In this document: positions 24,144 through 36,670 of the stretch, piece after piece | How positions within the stretch are numbered: position 1 is the stretch's first letter | Layout: every line of letters starts with the position of its first letter | Assembly: GCA_020184695.1 (NCBI GenBank) | Contig: JAANOX010000126.1 | Location: 124,001-188,000, forward strand | From: Histomonas meleagridis 2922-C6/04-290x | Lineage: Eukaryota; Protista; Parabasalia | Length of the DNA stretch: 64,000 nucleotides | Direction of reading: 5' to 3' | Position numbers and translations under genes: made by a program | Notes under the pieces: generated by a model | What the model was told of the DNA's origin: nothing | What the model saw: the letters and a program-made list of their open reading frames with translations, nothing else | The model's database searches: none

Positions 24144-26118
24144 ATGATTTCGTTAAAGCACATGCCTAATGACGATACTACCATTAACACAGGAGTTAAA
24201 AATTTGAAATTCCTAACTGAGCTTGAGAAAACTATATTCAGTTTAACAGAAGAAAACTTTCAGGCGTCCGTAAAAAAAATATTGGGATTTTTTGATACAA
24301 ATTTTCCAGATACATTTAATATTATTATAAGTAACATCATTTATAATGCATTTGCATCACGAAAACTTGTGTTCGATGTTTGCTTGAATTTTATAAATAC
24401 GCTTCAAATGAATGAAGAAGAAATTAATCAAAATATCGTTAAACTAATTTCAATTTTTATCAAACGTATATCTTCAATCAACACACAAGAATCGTGTTAT
24501 TTAATGGAGAAACTAATTGACCAAAATTTGATTGATAAAAATATTACAAAAAATATCAGTTCGAGATATTTTGCTCATTATAAAACAGAAAAAGAAAATC
24601 AAAACCATATTGCATATGGAAATGATCCAATAGAAAGATACTATAGAGATCATTATGAAGAACTTTCTAAGAATGATTGGGAGCTCCATAAGAAGTATAT
24701 TAAAGAAGGAGCTAATCCAAATGAAATTGCAAAAATCATTCGAAATGATGAAATAGAAAAACTTCAAGAAATATCATCACAAACAAATTTTAATTTTAAT
24801 CAACATATTCGACCATCTCTTTATGAAAGGTGTTCATTTGTTAATCAAGATTATCCTTATGTTACATTAATTGATTATGCAGCATTTTTTTCTTCAATTC
24901 AATGTTTTAAATATTTACTTATGAATGGAGCAAATGTAGAAAACACAGGTAAATACGCTGTTGCTGGTGGAAATGAAGAAATCATTCATTTATGTGAACA
25001 AAATCATTCATCTTTTTATAAAGCATATGAAACAGCAATTCAATTTCATCAAAATGATATCTTTAAATATCTTTATGAAAATAATTTAGAAAAAACGCAA
25101 TCAATACCAGAAATGTCTGAAGATAAAACTTATGATTTAGTAAGTTTTTGTATTAAAAAAGATAATTATGAAATTTTAGCATTTTTGGAAGAAAAAGGAA
25201 TTAATGTTAATGCTTGTTATATAAATGAATCAGCAAGAAATGGAAATTTATTTCTCTTGAAATATTTCCTTCAAAATAATCAAATTCCAAATAATATTTT
25301 GCCATTTGCTTCAAAATCAGGAAGTATTGAACTTGTAAAATATGTTTTAGATCAAAAAGGAATTGATGTTAATGCAAAAGTTATTCATTTGAATAATTTT
25401 ATATATGTTTTAATAATTTTGGATATGTTTCAATAATTTTGGATATGTTTTAATAATTTGAAATATGTTTTAATAATTTAGAATATGTTTTAATAATTTA
25501 TAATATGTTTTAATAATTTTATATATGTTTTAATAATTTGCAATATGTTTTAATAATTTGAAATATGTTTTAATAATTTAGAATATGTTTTAATAATTCG
25601 AAACGGCACTTCATATAGCAGTTAAAAATAATAATATAGATATAGTAAAATTACTTTTAGATAAAGAAGGAATTGATGTTAATGCAAAATATATTCATTT
25701 GAATAATTTTATATATGTTTTAATAATTTGAAATATGTTTTAATAATTTGGAATATATTTTAATAATTTTATATATGTTTTAATAATTTATAATATGTTT
25801 TAATAATTTGAAATATGTTTTAATAATTTGAAACAGCGCTTCATATAGCAGTTAGAAATAATAATATAGAAATAGTAAAATTACTTTTAGATAAAGGAAT
25901 TGATGTTAATGCAAAAGATATTCATTTGAATAATTTAGAATATGTTTTAATAATTTGTAATATGTTTTTATAATTTTATATATGTTTTAATGATTTGAAA
26001 TATGTTTTAATGATTTAAAACAGCACTTCAAATTGCACGACAAAAAGGTTACACAGAAATAATAAATGTACTTCGTGAAAAAAGTGCGAACGAAAATTCT
26101 AGATGTCATCTTCAATAA
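24144..26118 (+). CDS. Ankyrin gene B: DUF3447 plus ankyrin repeats interrupted by 20-nt (17+3) tandem arrays; ends in a CaaX-like motif
   Basis: ATG at 24144; DUF3447 motif; ankyrin segments TALHIAVKNNNIDIVKLLL separated by 220-, 140- and 100-nt arrays; final segment ends SRCHLQ* at 26118. Confidence 0.82.
25383..26019 (+). repeat. Three arrays of ATATGTTTTAATAATTT + variable triplet (11, 7 and 5 units)
   Basis: 25383-25602, 25693-25832 and 25920-26019 are exact multiples of 20 nt, with variation concentrated in the triplet. Confidence 0.95.
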
Positions 26119-29118
26119 CGCAGGATCTTCATTTTCAATAAGAAATGGAAATGAAGCGTATATTGCTAACAATCAAAATCAGCACAAAGATCAAATGTAC
26201 GCATACAATTGAAAGAAAAGTATCAAAACAAAAGTTGATATAACATACAAACATATGAAAATCATCAAAATCACAATATGCATTATAATAAACATCTTCA
26301 CAAGGCAAAATACAACAATAATATCATAATGTACATGCATAAACAAATGACTTTTTGACAGCGACATGCTTGAAAGCAAATTAAATAGATATACTATTAG
26401 AATTTACCAAAGTAAATATCATTTCGATGAAATTCAGTGATGGTTTTATTTTTTGATTAAAATTGAAATTTGTTTGTGATGATATTTCTTGAAGTTTTTC
26501 TGTATTATCATTCCGTATTATTGTTGCTATTTCATTTTGATTAATTCCTTCTTTTGCATATTTCTTATTAAGTGCAAAATCTTTTTTTTTATAAAAGAAT
26601 CAATATCATCTCTTTTAAAAAATTAAAATCCAAGATTTACATAATAATTTAATGATATGAACATAATATAAATTGGCTGTCAATTTGTTTTGCGAAAGAA
26701 TATTCAAATTCAATTCCAATTTGAATAATTTACAATTTTCGCCATGTTTTTTGAACAAAAATAAAATTCGACAAGATGCCGAAACAGATATTATTAAATA
26801 GCAAGTTATCGACATTGCATAATTGGATTAATTAAAATGAATTAAAAGATTCAATTATTATATATTAAACTAAATTAGAATCAAGAATCAGGATATTTTG
26901 AAATATCTAATGTTTTCTGTATTACAATACAAATTTTATATCAATGTTACATTAAAATTCATTTTTGACTTAATTTATATTTTATAAATTGATCAATAAT
27001 ATCAATTGCTTCGCATGTAAATTTTTATGAATTGTCATGTTCTACATATTAATTATGTTTTATTAGTTTAAAATTTCATAAAATTTAATCTTTAAGACGA
27101 TCAGTGCAATTAAAAGTAAAAAGAAAAAAATTTGCATTGTTGTGATAGTAATGTACGCATTGATTTGTAAACTTTTTGAATATGATTATATGAGCTCCAT
27201 TTCTGAAATTAGATTAAGTTTGATTTCATCTTTAACTAAACCCCATGTTCACTATGTATTATCTATATCAAATGAAAGTCGATCAAATTATATATTTGCC
27301 AAATTATATTTGAATGATTTGAACAAATGTAGGTACATAAAATAATAATAAAAAAAACCCACATATAGGTCAAAATAAGCACATATAGATGAGAATCAAC
27401 ATAAAACAATAAGTATTGAGAAGCAAAGAATGAAATATTACAACATTCATTCCAAACCATCTTTGCCAGATTTTATTTTTATTCGAAAAAAAAAAAAAAG
27501 CGAAAATTGTAAATTATTCAAAATGTAATTGAATGATTATATTTCTTCATAAGAAATCAGATTGAGAGCCAATTATTGAATGCAATTTGCATTACACTAT
27601 ATTCAAATTCTCCATAAAAATTTGATGGAACCTCCACTTTTTGAATACTACTCATTCAAATTTCCCACAATTGTCGGATAGTATCATATCATATTAATGT
27701 TTATAATATTTCCATCAATTAACATAAAATTTGAAAGCGAGATTCCGCAAAATAACAATTTTATTATTGATGAAATAAAACGAACTTTTTTCTATTCAAG
27801 TAACTTTTTTCGGCTTTTCCCCAACATTCGATTCTGAAGTGGGCTATGTTTTCTGCAGACACTGTTTATTCTTCCATTAGCCCCCATTCATAAAATGATA
27901 ACATTGCAATATCTATTGCATTTATTTGATTAATCCCATACATTTACCTCATTTCACGAACCACTTTCCAAAAATCTTTCAATGATCGTTGTGTAATCTC
28001 TTGAAAATTCCATTAAATGTGGCATTTAAAATTTGGCAGGGAGAAATATCAGATCTTCCAAAATGCTTTCCTAATAGTATTAATGGATGAAATTTGGGTT
28101 TTTCGATAGATAATGGCTGCCTTGTAACGTAATAGAAATTTTTAGAAAATTTAATTCATTCAGTATAATTTTTGATATAGATTTCCTGACTTTCAAGATT
28201 GTTTGATAAGTAGATTTCAAATACTGTTTTGTTATTTTCTTCGATTAACAGTAATTTATCAAAATTACCAGGCCTTGTTCTCTTTATAAAGATTGACGAA
28301 AAATTATCGTGCATATAAAAAATAAAGTTTGTTACTTTGAATACATCCCATCCATTACTAACATCTATTTTGTATTAAGGGTAGTATTCAGCAGTGTTTT
28401 GTAAATGATAAGAATTTGAAACTTTTACCCTGTTAAAGTCTTCTTCAATAGTAAAAAGGAAATTATTTTCTTTTAATGAAGTGTGTTTCTTCATGTTCTT
28501 CGAGTTCATTAATCAGATCATGACACGATTTCATCTATGAAAAAAATTCTAAACGGATTTAATCCGTTTAACAATATAAATAAAGCTCAGTTCAAAACCC
28601 TTTGAACAAACTTTTTCGAATTGAACAAAAAAGCATACAAAATTGTCCCAACCGCCTGAATGAAGCTTTGTTAAAGGTTGGATGTCGAAAAAAGTGACTA
28701 TATTCAAAAAGTCGAACGATGAACATATCATTGAAACTTTTTGAGTGGCTAACAAAATGTTATCATTGAATTAATTCTATAAGGTCTCTCATTCCGAAAT
28801 TTCAATGAAAAATCATGCAGCCATTCATTTGCAGTCCTGCCACAAAAAATTGACCATTGAAAGTTCAAAATTGTCCACTTTTTAACGTTTTTGCCAGAAC
28901 ACTAATTTTTATCCATCGGTCATTAAAAATTGTCACTTTCAACCGTATTCAATCAAAATATTTTTTTTATTTGTGTTTGAATCAAATAAAAAACATTTTG
29001 CAATCTTCTTTTCAATTTATTAAATTCAAAAAAAGCGAAAAATTTATATCATTATGGAGAAAAATATAAAACTCACTTTGATAAAAAAATTGTTTTTCTT
29101 ATACTTTTAATTTTTAAA

Positions 29119-29991
29119 ATGCCTAAAATGCCAACATCACACCGTAAAAAAATTATTATGGAACATCAATCATATTGGGATATATTAAGTAAAATTGAGA
29201 TTCCAATATTAAAAATTATACAAAAGATAACTTTATCTTCTATTTTACATGAATTTTGGTATTATGGTTCCAAAATTGGTTCATCAACTGTATTATCTTT
29301 TAGCCCAATGGTTTTGTTTTCACTTGGCCTTACTGATAAATCGATAGAATTAAGTTATTCACTTGCTTTTCATACATTTTTATCTTCATTAGGTAAAACA
29401 ATATTTCATAGAAGAAGACCATGTAGTTATCCAGAATTTTATATCAAATATTGTTCATCTTCATCTTCATTTCCTTCAAGGCATACAATGAGTGCGACTG
29501 TTCTAGCTAACTTTACACCCATAAAATGGCCAATTATTATTTTTATGATTTTAGATAGAATGGCTCTAAGCCAACATTATTTATCTGATTGTATTGTAGG
29601 TTATATTCTTGGTGAAATTTCTGTTTTGTTAGGCAAGCATCTAAAAAATATTAATTTAGCTATTGTGATTTTTTTAGGAGCACAAAAGATGTGGTTTTCT
29701 TCTTCATGTGCAAAAATTTTTGCAGGATCTCTTTCAATAATATGTTTGGAAAAAATTGCTTGTACACCATTTTTAATGCCACTTGTTTTCATAAGGTTGT
29801 TAATAGAAAAGTACCCTATGTTCAAAAAATCTTATCCTATTGCTAATGAACTATATGCTTCATCACTAACTATGTTTATCATTACTGCATTAAACTCATT
29901 GTTTTATATCCTAAGGCAAAAAGGGATCATAAGTAATGCAATCTGGAATGTTCATGAAGCAATGACTAACAAACTAAAGCTTTTATTCTAA
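29119..29991 (+). CDS. PAP2-superfamily membrane phosphatase (paralog of 14940)
   Basis: KTIFHRRRP, SFPSRH, DRMALSQHYLSD; colinear with the 14940 protein. Confidence 0.87.
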   Translation: MPKMPTSHRKKIIMEHQSYWDILSKIEIPILKIIQKITLSSILHEFWYYGSKIGSSTVLSFSPMVLFSLGLTDKSIELSYSLAFHTFLSSLGKTIFHRRRPCSYPEFYIKYCSSSSSFPSRHTMSATVLANFTPIKWPIIIFMILDRMALSQHYLSDCIVGYILGEISVLLGKHLKNINLAIVIFLGAQKMWFSSSCAKIFAGSLSIICLEKIACTPFLMPLVFIRLLIEKYPMFKKSYPIANELYASSLTMFIITALNSLFYILRQKGIISNAIWNVHEAMTNKLKLLF

Positions 29992-30229
29992 ACAATGCTC
30001 TTTATTTTTCAAAGTATGAGTTATAAAAGTGTATCTATTGATCATAAGTTTTTTTTATGACAAAAATATTATCATTTTCTTTATTTCATCTAAAAAAAAT
30101 GTATAATTTTTTTGAACCAATATCAAGTTCAGATATCTGAAAAGCATATAAAATAACCAATTCATGTATTCGGATACAGTAATAAATCAAATTTAAAAAA
30201 AAAAATCATTAAATATGTTATGTTTTAAA

Positions 30230-30842
30230 TTAAAAAATGATACAATCACCATTTTTATCTTTGCTCTTCTTATTTTTTTTTTTTTTTTGGTCTTTTTATC
30301 CTTGGTTTGGTTTGTTTCTTTTTGTAAATCATTTTCCATGAATTTTGTTGCATGTGTAATAAGTGCTTCTTCAATATTTGTTTTCGTTTTGATTGATGTC
30401 TCAAAGAAGGCAACAATATACCTTTTCGCAAGTTCTTCTCCTTGTTCTTTAGAATTTAATCGTTCATTTTCAAGATCACGTTTATTACCACATATAACAA
30501 TAGGTATATTTTGACCTCTTGATTTAATAATTGAACGACATAAGTCTTCAACCTCAATAATTGTAGCTTTATCATTAATTGCATATACAAGAAGAAAACC
30601 ACTTCCTTGTCTTATTAACCATGATCTATTTACTTGGTTATCAAAATAATCTGCAACATTAAGAATATTAAAGACAATATCCTTTTTTCCAATATTTAAC
30701 ACGCATTTTTCTGATTCATCCTGTGGATTCGTAGAGTACTTTTGCATAAAATATTTTATAAGTGATGATTTTCCAACCGTAGGTGGTCCAATAACAACGA
30801 TATTGTATTCGTTTGTAGTTTGTTTTTCGATTAAAATGACAT
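30230..30842 (-). CDS. Divergent Ras/Rap-like small GTPase with two apparent homopolymer frameshifts
   Basis: IVVIGPPTVGKSSL, GNKRD, FETS. Shifting frame in the 16-T run at 30273-30288 gives a polybasic tail plus CIIF* (CaaX); the ATG at 30842 needs one extra T. Confidence 0.75.
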
Positions 30843-31351
30843 GACACAACACCAAAATTCAATTTCAGTTCTGCCATTTTAAACCGTCGTCAGTTCGCAA
30901 ATTTCAATAGAAAAATTTCAATGAATTCAAATACTCAGAATTTTTTTTCAGAAAAATGAAAACCGCTTTTTGATCACTAGGAAAGCAAAAATTTTTAAAT
31001 AGATTTTTAACCAAACTTATATGGTATGTAGGAATTGTTTTATATATATCGAAAAACATAGTCATTGTGGATTTCGTTAGATAGTTTTTGAGAAAAAGTA
31101 CTTTTAATAAAAATCAAAAATCTTGCTTTATCTCAATAATGAACATGAGACTTCGTTGTTTATTTATATTCTTGATAATAAATCTATAATAAACATTGTG
31201 TTTCAAATTTAAAAATTATCCATTCTTATAATCTAAATTAATTTTGTAAAACTCTTTAAAATCAAAGTTGATCCAATAAAATTCATTAAATGTTATTTAC
31301 ATTTGATTTACTAATGGGCCCCTTCTGTCTTAGCGATACATGGTTTTTCCA

Positions 31352-31353
<2 letters not shown>

Positions 31354-31408
<55 letters not shown>
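31354..31408. repeat. Compound microsatellite (CT)n(AT)n
   Basis: Direct reading of the sequence. Confidence 0.95.
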
Positions 31409-31918
31409 TAATTCGAACATAATACATATATATAACACTCTTCATTCTGGAATTGAATGCTAGTGAACATCGACAGCACGGTCAGTTTTTAAATTTGATA
31501 TACGAAGAACAAAAGGATTTGTAATTAAATCAGATTCAATAAAAATATAAGCACGTGCTGAATTTAACTTTACACCTTCTATGAGTAAATTTGATTTTGA
31601 TTGTGCTTCTGTTTAATTGATAGGAGATGTAGTTGTGTTAAGGTAGCTACAAAATGCTAAACATTTGTCATCAATGAATAAACTTAACGCTGTACTGAAT
31701 ATGTAAATTTTATATGACTTGCAAAAGGAAGCATACCTGTTCGAAGATTACGAAAAAAAGATGATAATTCTGATACTGCACCATTAAATGTTACATTAGA
31801 ATCAATTTGGAAATTTCGAATTCTTTCATCTGTTTCACCAACAAAACGATAAGGATAATTCAATTTATTGAAAAAGTTAAACCGTTGAGCTGAAATCTTT
31901 CATTTCATTATTTAAAGC

Positions 31919-32591
31919 ATGGCAACATCACTTCTTAAAAGAATATGTTGTTTCGTAATTGGCCTTATGATCATTGGTATTATTTTATCAATTGTTTATG
32001 TTGTATTTGAAATAATGGCAGATGCGCAGATTAGGGAAGTAGTTACGATGGATACATTGAAATCACAGGATCAGAAGAGCGTAAGTTCTGCACTGTTGCA
32101 TTTGCCTTGTCTTATACATTGTTGATTTGATTTATAACTTTTATGGTATCAAAATTTTAATGGATGGAGGAGGTGATTTACCTGGATGCCTTAAAAGCTT
32201 TGCGTGCTGCCAAAATGTGAATACAAAGTTCCTTCGTCCAGTTTGTTGCCTTATTCTTTTGATCATGATTGGTATTACATATGACAGAACATCAGAAAGC
32301 CACAAGAACCAATGGATAGAGAACACTGCTATAAAGGTAGCGAATAACAGTCATACATATTATGACGCTTTCCAATCGTTCCAAGCATTAACTGGTTTGG
32401 ATGAACATACTTTTCCAGATGGATATGAACAATGGATTACAGATGATTGGGAAACACGCAGAACTTATAGAACAGCAGTCCTTAGCGTTTACATTGTACA
32501 GATTGTTGTTTTAATAGTTGCAGCATGTATTTTATCATGTTGTGTAGTTAAATATGCTTTAGATGCAGCTAAAGCTGATTCATCATCATAA
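31919..32591 (+). CDS. Hypothetical multi-pass Cys-rich membrane protein split by a probable 1-nt insertion near 32083
   Basis: ORFs 31919-32125 and 32127-32591 join as KSV|VLHCCICLVLYIVD if one base is removed; about four TM segments. Confidence 0.55.
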
Positions 32592-33452
32592 AATTCTTTA
32601 AGTTTTATGTTTTTCAATTAATAATTTTTTTGTTATCAGTAATATATTAGAAAAATATTATTATACAATAAAGCAGAAAATTGCATAGATGAACAAAGAA
32701 GGATAATTATTATCCCCAGTAAAAAAACTCTGTTTTTGGTTTTAACAAAAAATTCTTTGCCAATCTTATGGAAGTTTATGCGTAGTTTTCAAAATCATTT
32801 ATGGTTTTGTTGAGCAGGATCTGATGATTGTAAATTTATTTGTTTTCTTTCTTCAATTATTAATTCTATCATATGACTATCTTTGATTTTCGATGGTTCT
32901 GCACATTTTTGCTGACATGTTTTCGATATCAAAATAGGTGGCAAGAAAGAAATTTGTGATCATTCCAAAATAAAATAGAAGTAATGGCTTTCGACTCACA
33001 TCACAATAGTATTTTGGGTTTCGCTTGTATCGACTTGATAAACCAAAAACAAATGAACTTCCCGAACGGAATGAAAAGCAAACATAAGTATGTTCCATTT
33101 ATCGGCTTTGTCATTAAACATATTGAATGGGAAAAGTAAAAAACAATTCTTCTCGAGGACAACAGCTCCTCCTGCAATGGTAAAATCGGAGCATGATTCG
33201 CACCCCAAATCGTAGTTACGCCGTTTTTTGAATGCACTCTCAATCCAATACAATCAATTTCAACTCAAACGTATGTTTCTATTGTTTGCAGACTATAAAT
33301 CTTCAGCTGAATAATGATGATTTATAACAGCACGTGTATGTGTTGGTAAAATTGAATTGTTGTAAAAACATGTTTTTGCATTTGAAATAAGCACCTGCTC
33401 AATCATTCAAAAAGTTATTTGAATATGAACGATCACATTCATTTCTTCTTGA

Positions 33453-36091
33453 ATGAGCCGAAAAGATAACTATGTTACATTATTAAAAGAACTTGAATCA
33501 ATTATTTTTGATATAAATGAAGATAACATTGAATCAAAAGGTGAAAGTGCCATGAATTTATTTGATATTAATTTTCCATATTCATCTAATCTTATCATTT
33601 CACGTTTAATATATAAATCTTTTATAGTTCAAAAGAAAGATATTAAAATATATTTATTATTCATAAATATAATTAAGTCAAAAGAAGAATCAATTCAAGA
33701 AAATTATAACATAATCGAAACTTTTACACATTTTCTTCTTCAATTAAATTCGCAAGAATCATATTATTTTCTAGATAACATGATTGAAGAAAATTATATT
33801 TCTTCTAATGTAGTTCAAACAAAAAACACATTATATTTTGCACATTATTTTACTGAAACAAAAATTATTCAATTCAGAAATTCTGAAAAAGTAAATATAA
33901 ATTTTTTTATAGATATTGAAGATCTTAAAAAAGAAAACTGGAAGCTACATAAACAACTTATTAAAGAAGGAATTAATCCTATGCCTGTTATTAAATCGAT
34001 TCGTAATGATGATATTGATCAACTTCAAGAAATTTCATCACAAGATGATTTTGATTTTAATCAAATAATTGAACCATCACTTTATGAAGTTTTTTCATTT
34101 GTTAATAAAAAAAATGAAAATGTTACCTTAATTGCGTATGCAGCATTTTTTGGATCTATTAAATGTTTTAAATATTTACTTATGAATGGTTCCAAATTAA
34201 ATAATATAGGTAAATATGCAGTTGCAGGTGGAAATATAGAGATTATTCATTTATGTGAACAAAATAAATGTACTTTTAACCAAGTTCATGAAATTGCTTT
34301 AGAATTTCATCGGAATGATGTCTTTGATTATTTTTATAAGAAAAACACTATTAAAATCAAAGAATTCACTCAATTAGAAATTGAATGTAAAAAAAAATGA
34401 TAATTATTCTTTATTTATATCTTTATTAGATAATATAAAGTCAAAATTTTATATAAATATCATTAATGAAACAGCAAAAATTGGTAATATTTTTTTAGTG
34501 AAATATTTTATGAATGATTGTAAACTTCAAAAGAAAACTTTAACTTGTGCAACAGAGTCAGGAAATTTCGAATTAATGAAATTTCTTCGTGAACAAAAAG
34601 GAATTGATATTAACTATGGAAATTTTTATTTTATTTTAGAATTCCTAAATCATATTTGGGATCTATTTAAATTATTTGAAACAGCACTTATGATTTCATC
34701 TTCAAATGGTCATATAGATATAGTTAAATTACTTCTTGAACAAAAAGGAATTAATATTAATGCTAAAGATATTTATATTATTTGCTTAAAGTATTTTAGT
34801 ACAACATAATGTTTTTATGTTTAATTCGGTAAAACATCTTTAATTCTAGCATCTGAAAATGGTAATACTGAATTGGTTAAGCTACTTCTTGAACAAGAAG
34901 GAATTGATATTAATGTTAAAGATATTTATTTGTTTTTTATTTAAATTTTATTTTAATTATTTTATATTTCAAAATAATATTTGAAAATTATTTATATTAA
35001 TTTATACAGCACTTATGTGGGGAGCTAAAAACGGTCATACAGAAATAGTTAAGCTACTTCTTGAACAAAAAGGAATTGATATTAATGCTAAAGATATTTA
35101 TTTGTTTTATTTGATATTTATTAAAATAATTTATTATTTTAAAATAGTATTTGGAAATTATTTAAATTATTTAACACAGCAATTATTTTGGCATCTGCAA
35201 ATGTTCATGTAGATATAGTTAAATTACTTCTTGAACAAAAAGGAATTGATATTAATGCTAAAGATATTTATATTATTTGCTTAAAGTATTTTAGTACAAT
35301 ATAATGTTTTTATGTTTAATTCGGTAAAACATCTTTAATTCTAGCATCTGAAAATGGTAATACTGAATTGGTTAAGCTACTTCTTGAACAAGAAGGAATT
35401 GATATTAATGTTAAAGATATTTATTTGTTTTATATAATATTTATTTTAATAATTTTATATTTCAATACAATATTTAAAAATTATTTAAATTGTTTAAAAC
35501 ATCACTTATGAAAGCATCTTGGAATGGTCATACAGAAATAGTAAAATTACTTCTTGAACAAAAAGGAATTGATATTAATGCTAAAGATATTTATTTGTTT
35601 TATTTGATATTTATTAAAATAATTTATTATTTTAAAATAGTATTTGGAAATTATTTAAAATATTATGGTCAGCACTTTTTTGGGCATCTAATGTAGAAAT
35701 TGTTAAATTACTTTTTGAACAAAAAGGATTTGATATTAATGCCAAAGATATTTATTTGTTTTGTTTAATATTTATTTGAATAATTTCATTTTTCACAATA
35801 ATATTTGGTAGTTATTAAAAATATTTTGGACAGCACTTATTTTAGCATCTTCAAATGGTCACACAGAAATGGTTAAAATCCTTCTTGGACAAAAAGGAAT
35901 TGATATTAATGCTAAAGATATCGTTTATAAGTGTTATTTGATATTTCAAATTTAAAATTTGGAAATTATTTATATTATTTATTACAGCACTTATGTATGC
36001 ATCTGAAAATGGTCATAAAGAAATTGTTAAATTACTTCATGAACACAAAGGAATTGATTCAAATATTTCGAGATCTATAAATAAAAAATAA
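33453..36091 (+). CDS. Ankyrin gene C: DUF3447 plus ankyrin repeats interrupted by 32 ~17-nt elements
   Basis: DUF3447 motif; +1 A in the poly-A near 34389; nine spacers reconstruct to YGRGE, KNGK, xYEY, DIGN, KNGK, NYKK, DIGW, NHGW, IDGI; stop at 36091. Confidence 0.85.
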
Positions 36092-36670
36092 ATAAAATTT
36101 GAAAATATATTTTCATTATTTACTTCTCATTTATGATTAGTTTATAATATTAAAAAATATTGTAGATATTATTTTGCTTCGATTTTTAATTAGTATATAA
36201 TGAATAAATAATATCATGTTTCGCACCTTTACATTAAAAATGAAAAAATATAAAATTTCATATTTTTGATCGTTTTGAGTATAAAATATTTTATTAATAT
36301 AATCTACATCTTATTTATAAACATATGAGTAAAGAAAATTAAATCAAATGAAAAATGTTTGAAATCCCATTTTTGATGAATTCCAATTTTTTCATTTTAA
36401 ACATAAAAAATTGAACAAAACAAATCACATATAAGATATCACTACATAAAGGAGTGCATACTTATATGTATTTATAAAAAATTGAAAAATTAAATTTGTC
36501 TGCACTATTTATCGTTCCATTTTTCTTGTAAATAACATCTCATTCCATAAAGGAAAAAATTTATCTAAAATTATACACAACAAAACATTTGAAAATTATA
36601 TTTACTTTGTTTGAATATTTTCGGATTGTGCATTCGACATCTTTGACTGCTTCTAAAAATATTACAAAAA

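Noticed and set aside
25383-26019. CRISPR array
   Set aside because: Eukaryotic context, 3-nt spacers, no cas genes; lies inside an ankyrin gene.
26200-28520. Decayed minus-strand coding remnant
   Set aside because: Many stops and no family recognisable by eye.
28540-28950. Recurring AAAATTG(T/A)C motifs as transposon subterminal repeats
   Set aside because: Short and AT-rich, with no terminal inverted repeat or target-site duplication found.
32081-32126. GTAAGT as an intron donor joining the 31919 and 32127 ORFs
   Set aside because: No nearby AG acceptor; a 17-nt removal gives the wrong frame; a 1-nt insertion explains it more simply.
35096-35175. Excision of whole spacers via TTATTT direct repeats, or a hairpin (TTAAAATAA/TTATTTTAA)
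   Set aside because: Direct-repeat joining leaves 11 nt (out of frame), and the AT-only palindrome is not shared by other spacers.
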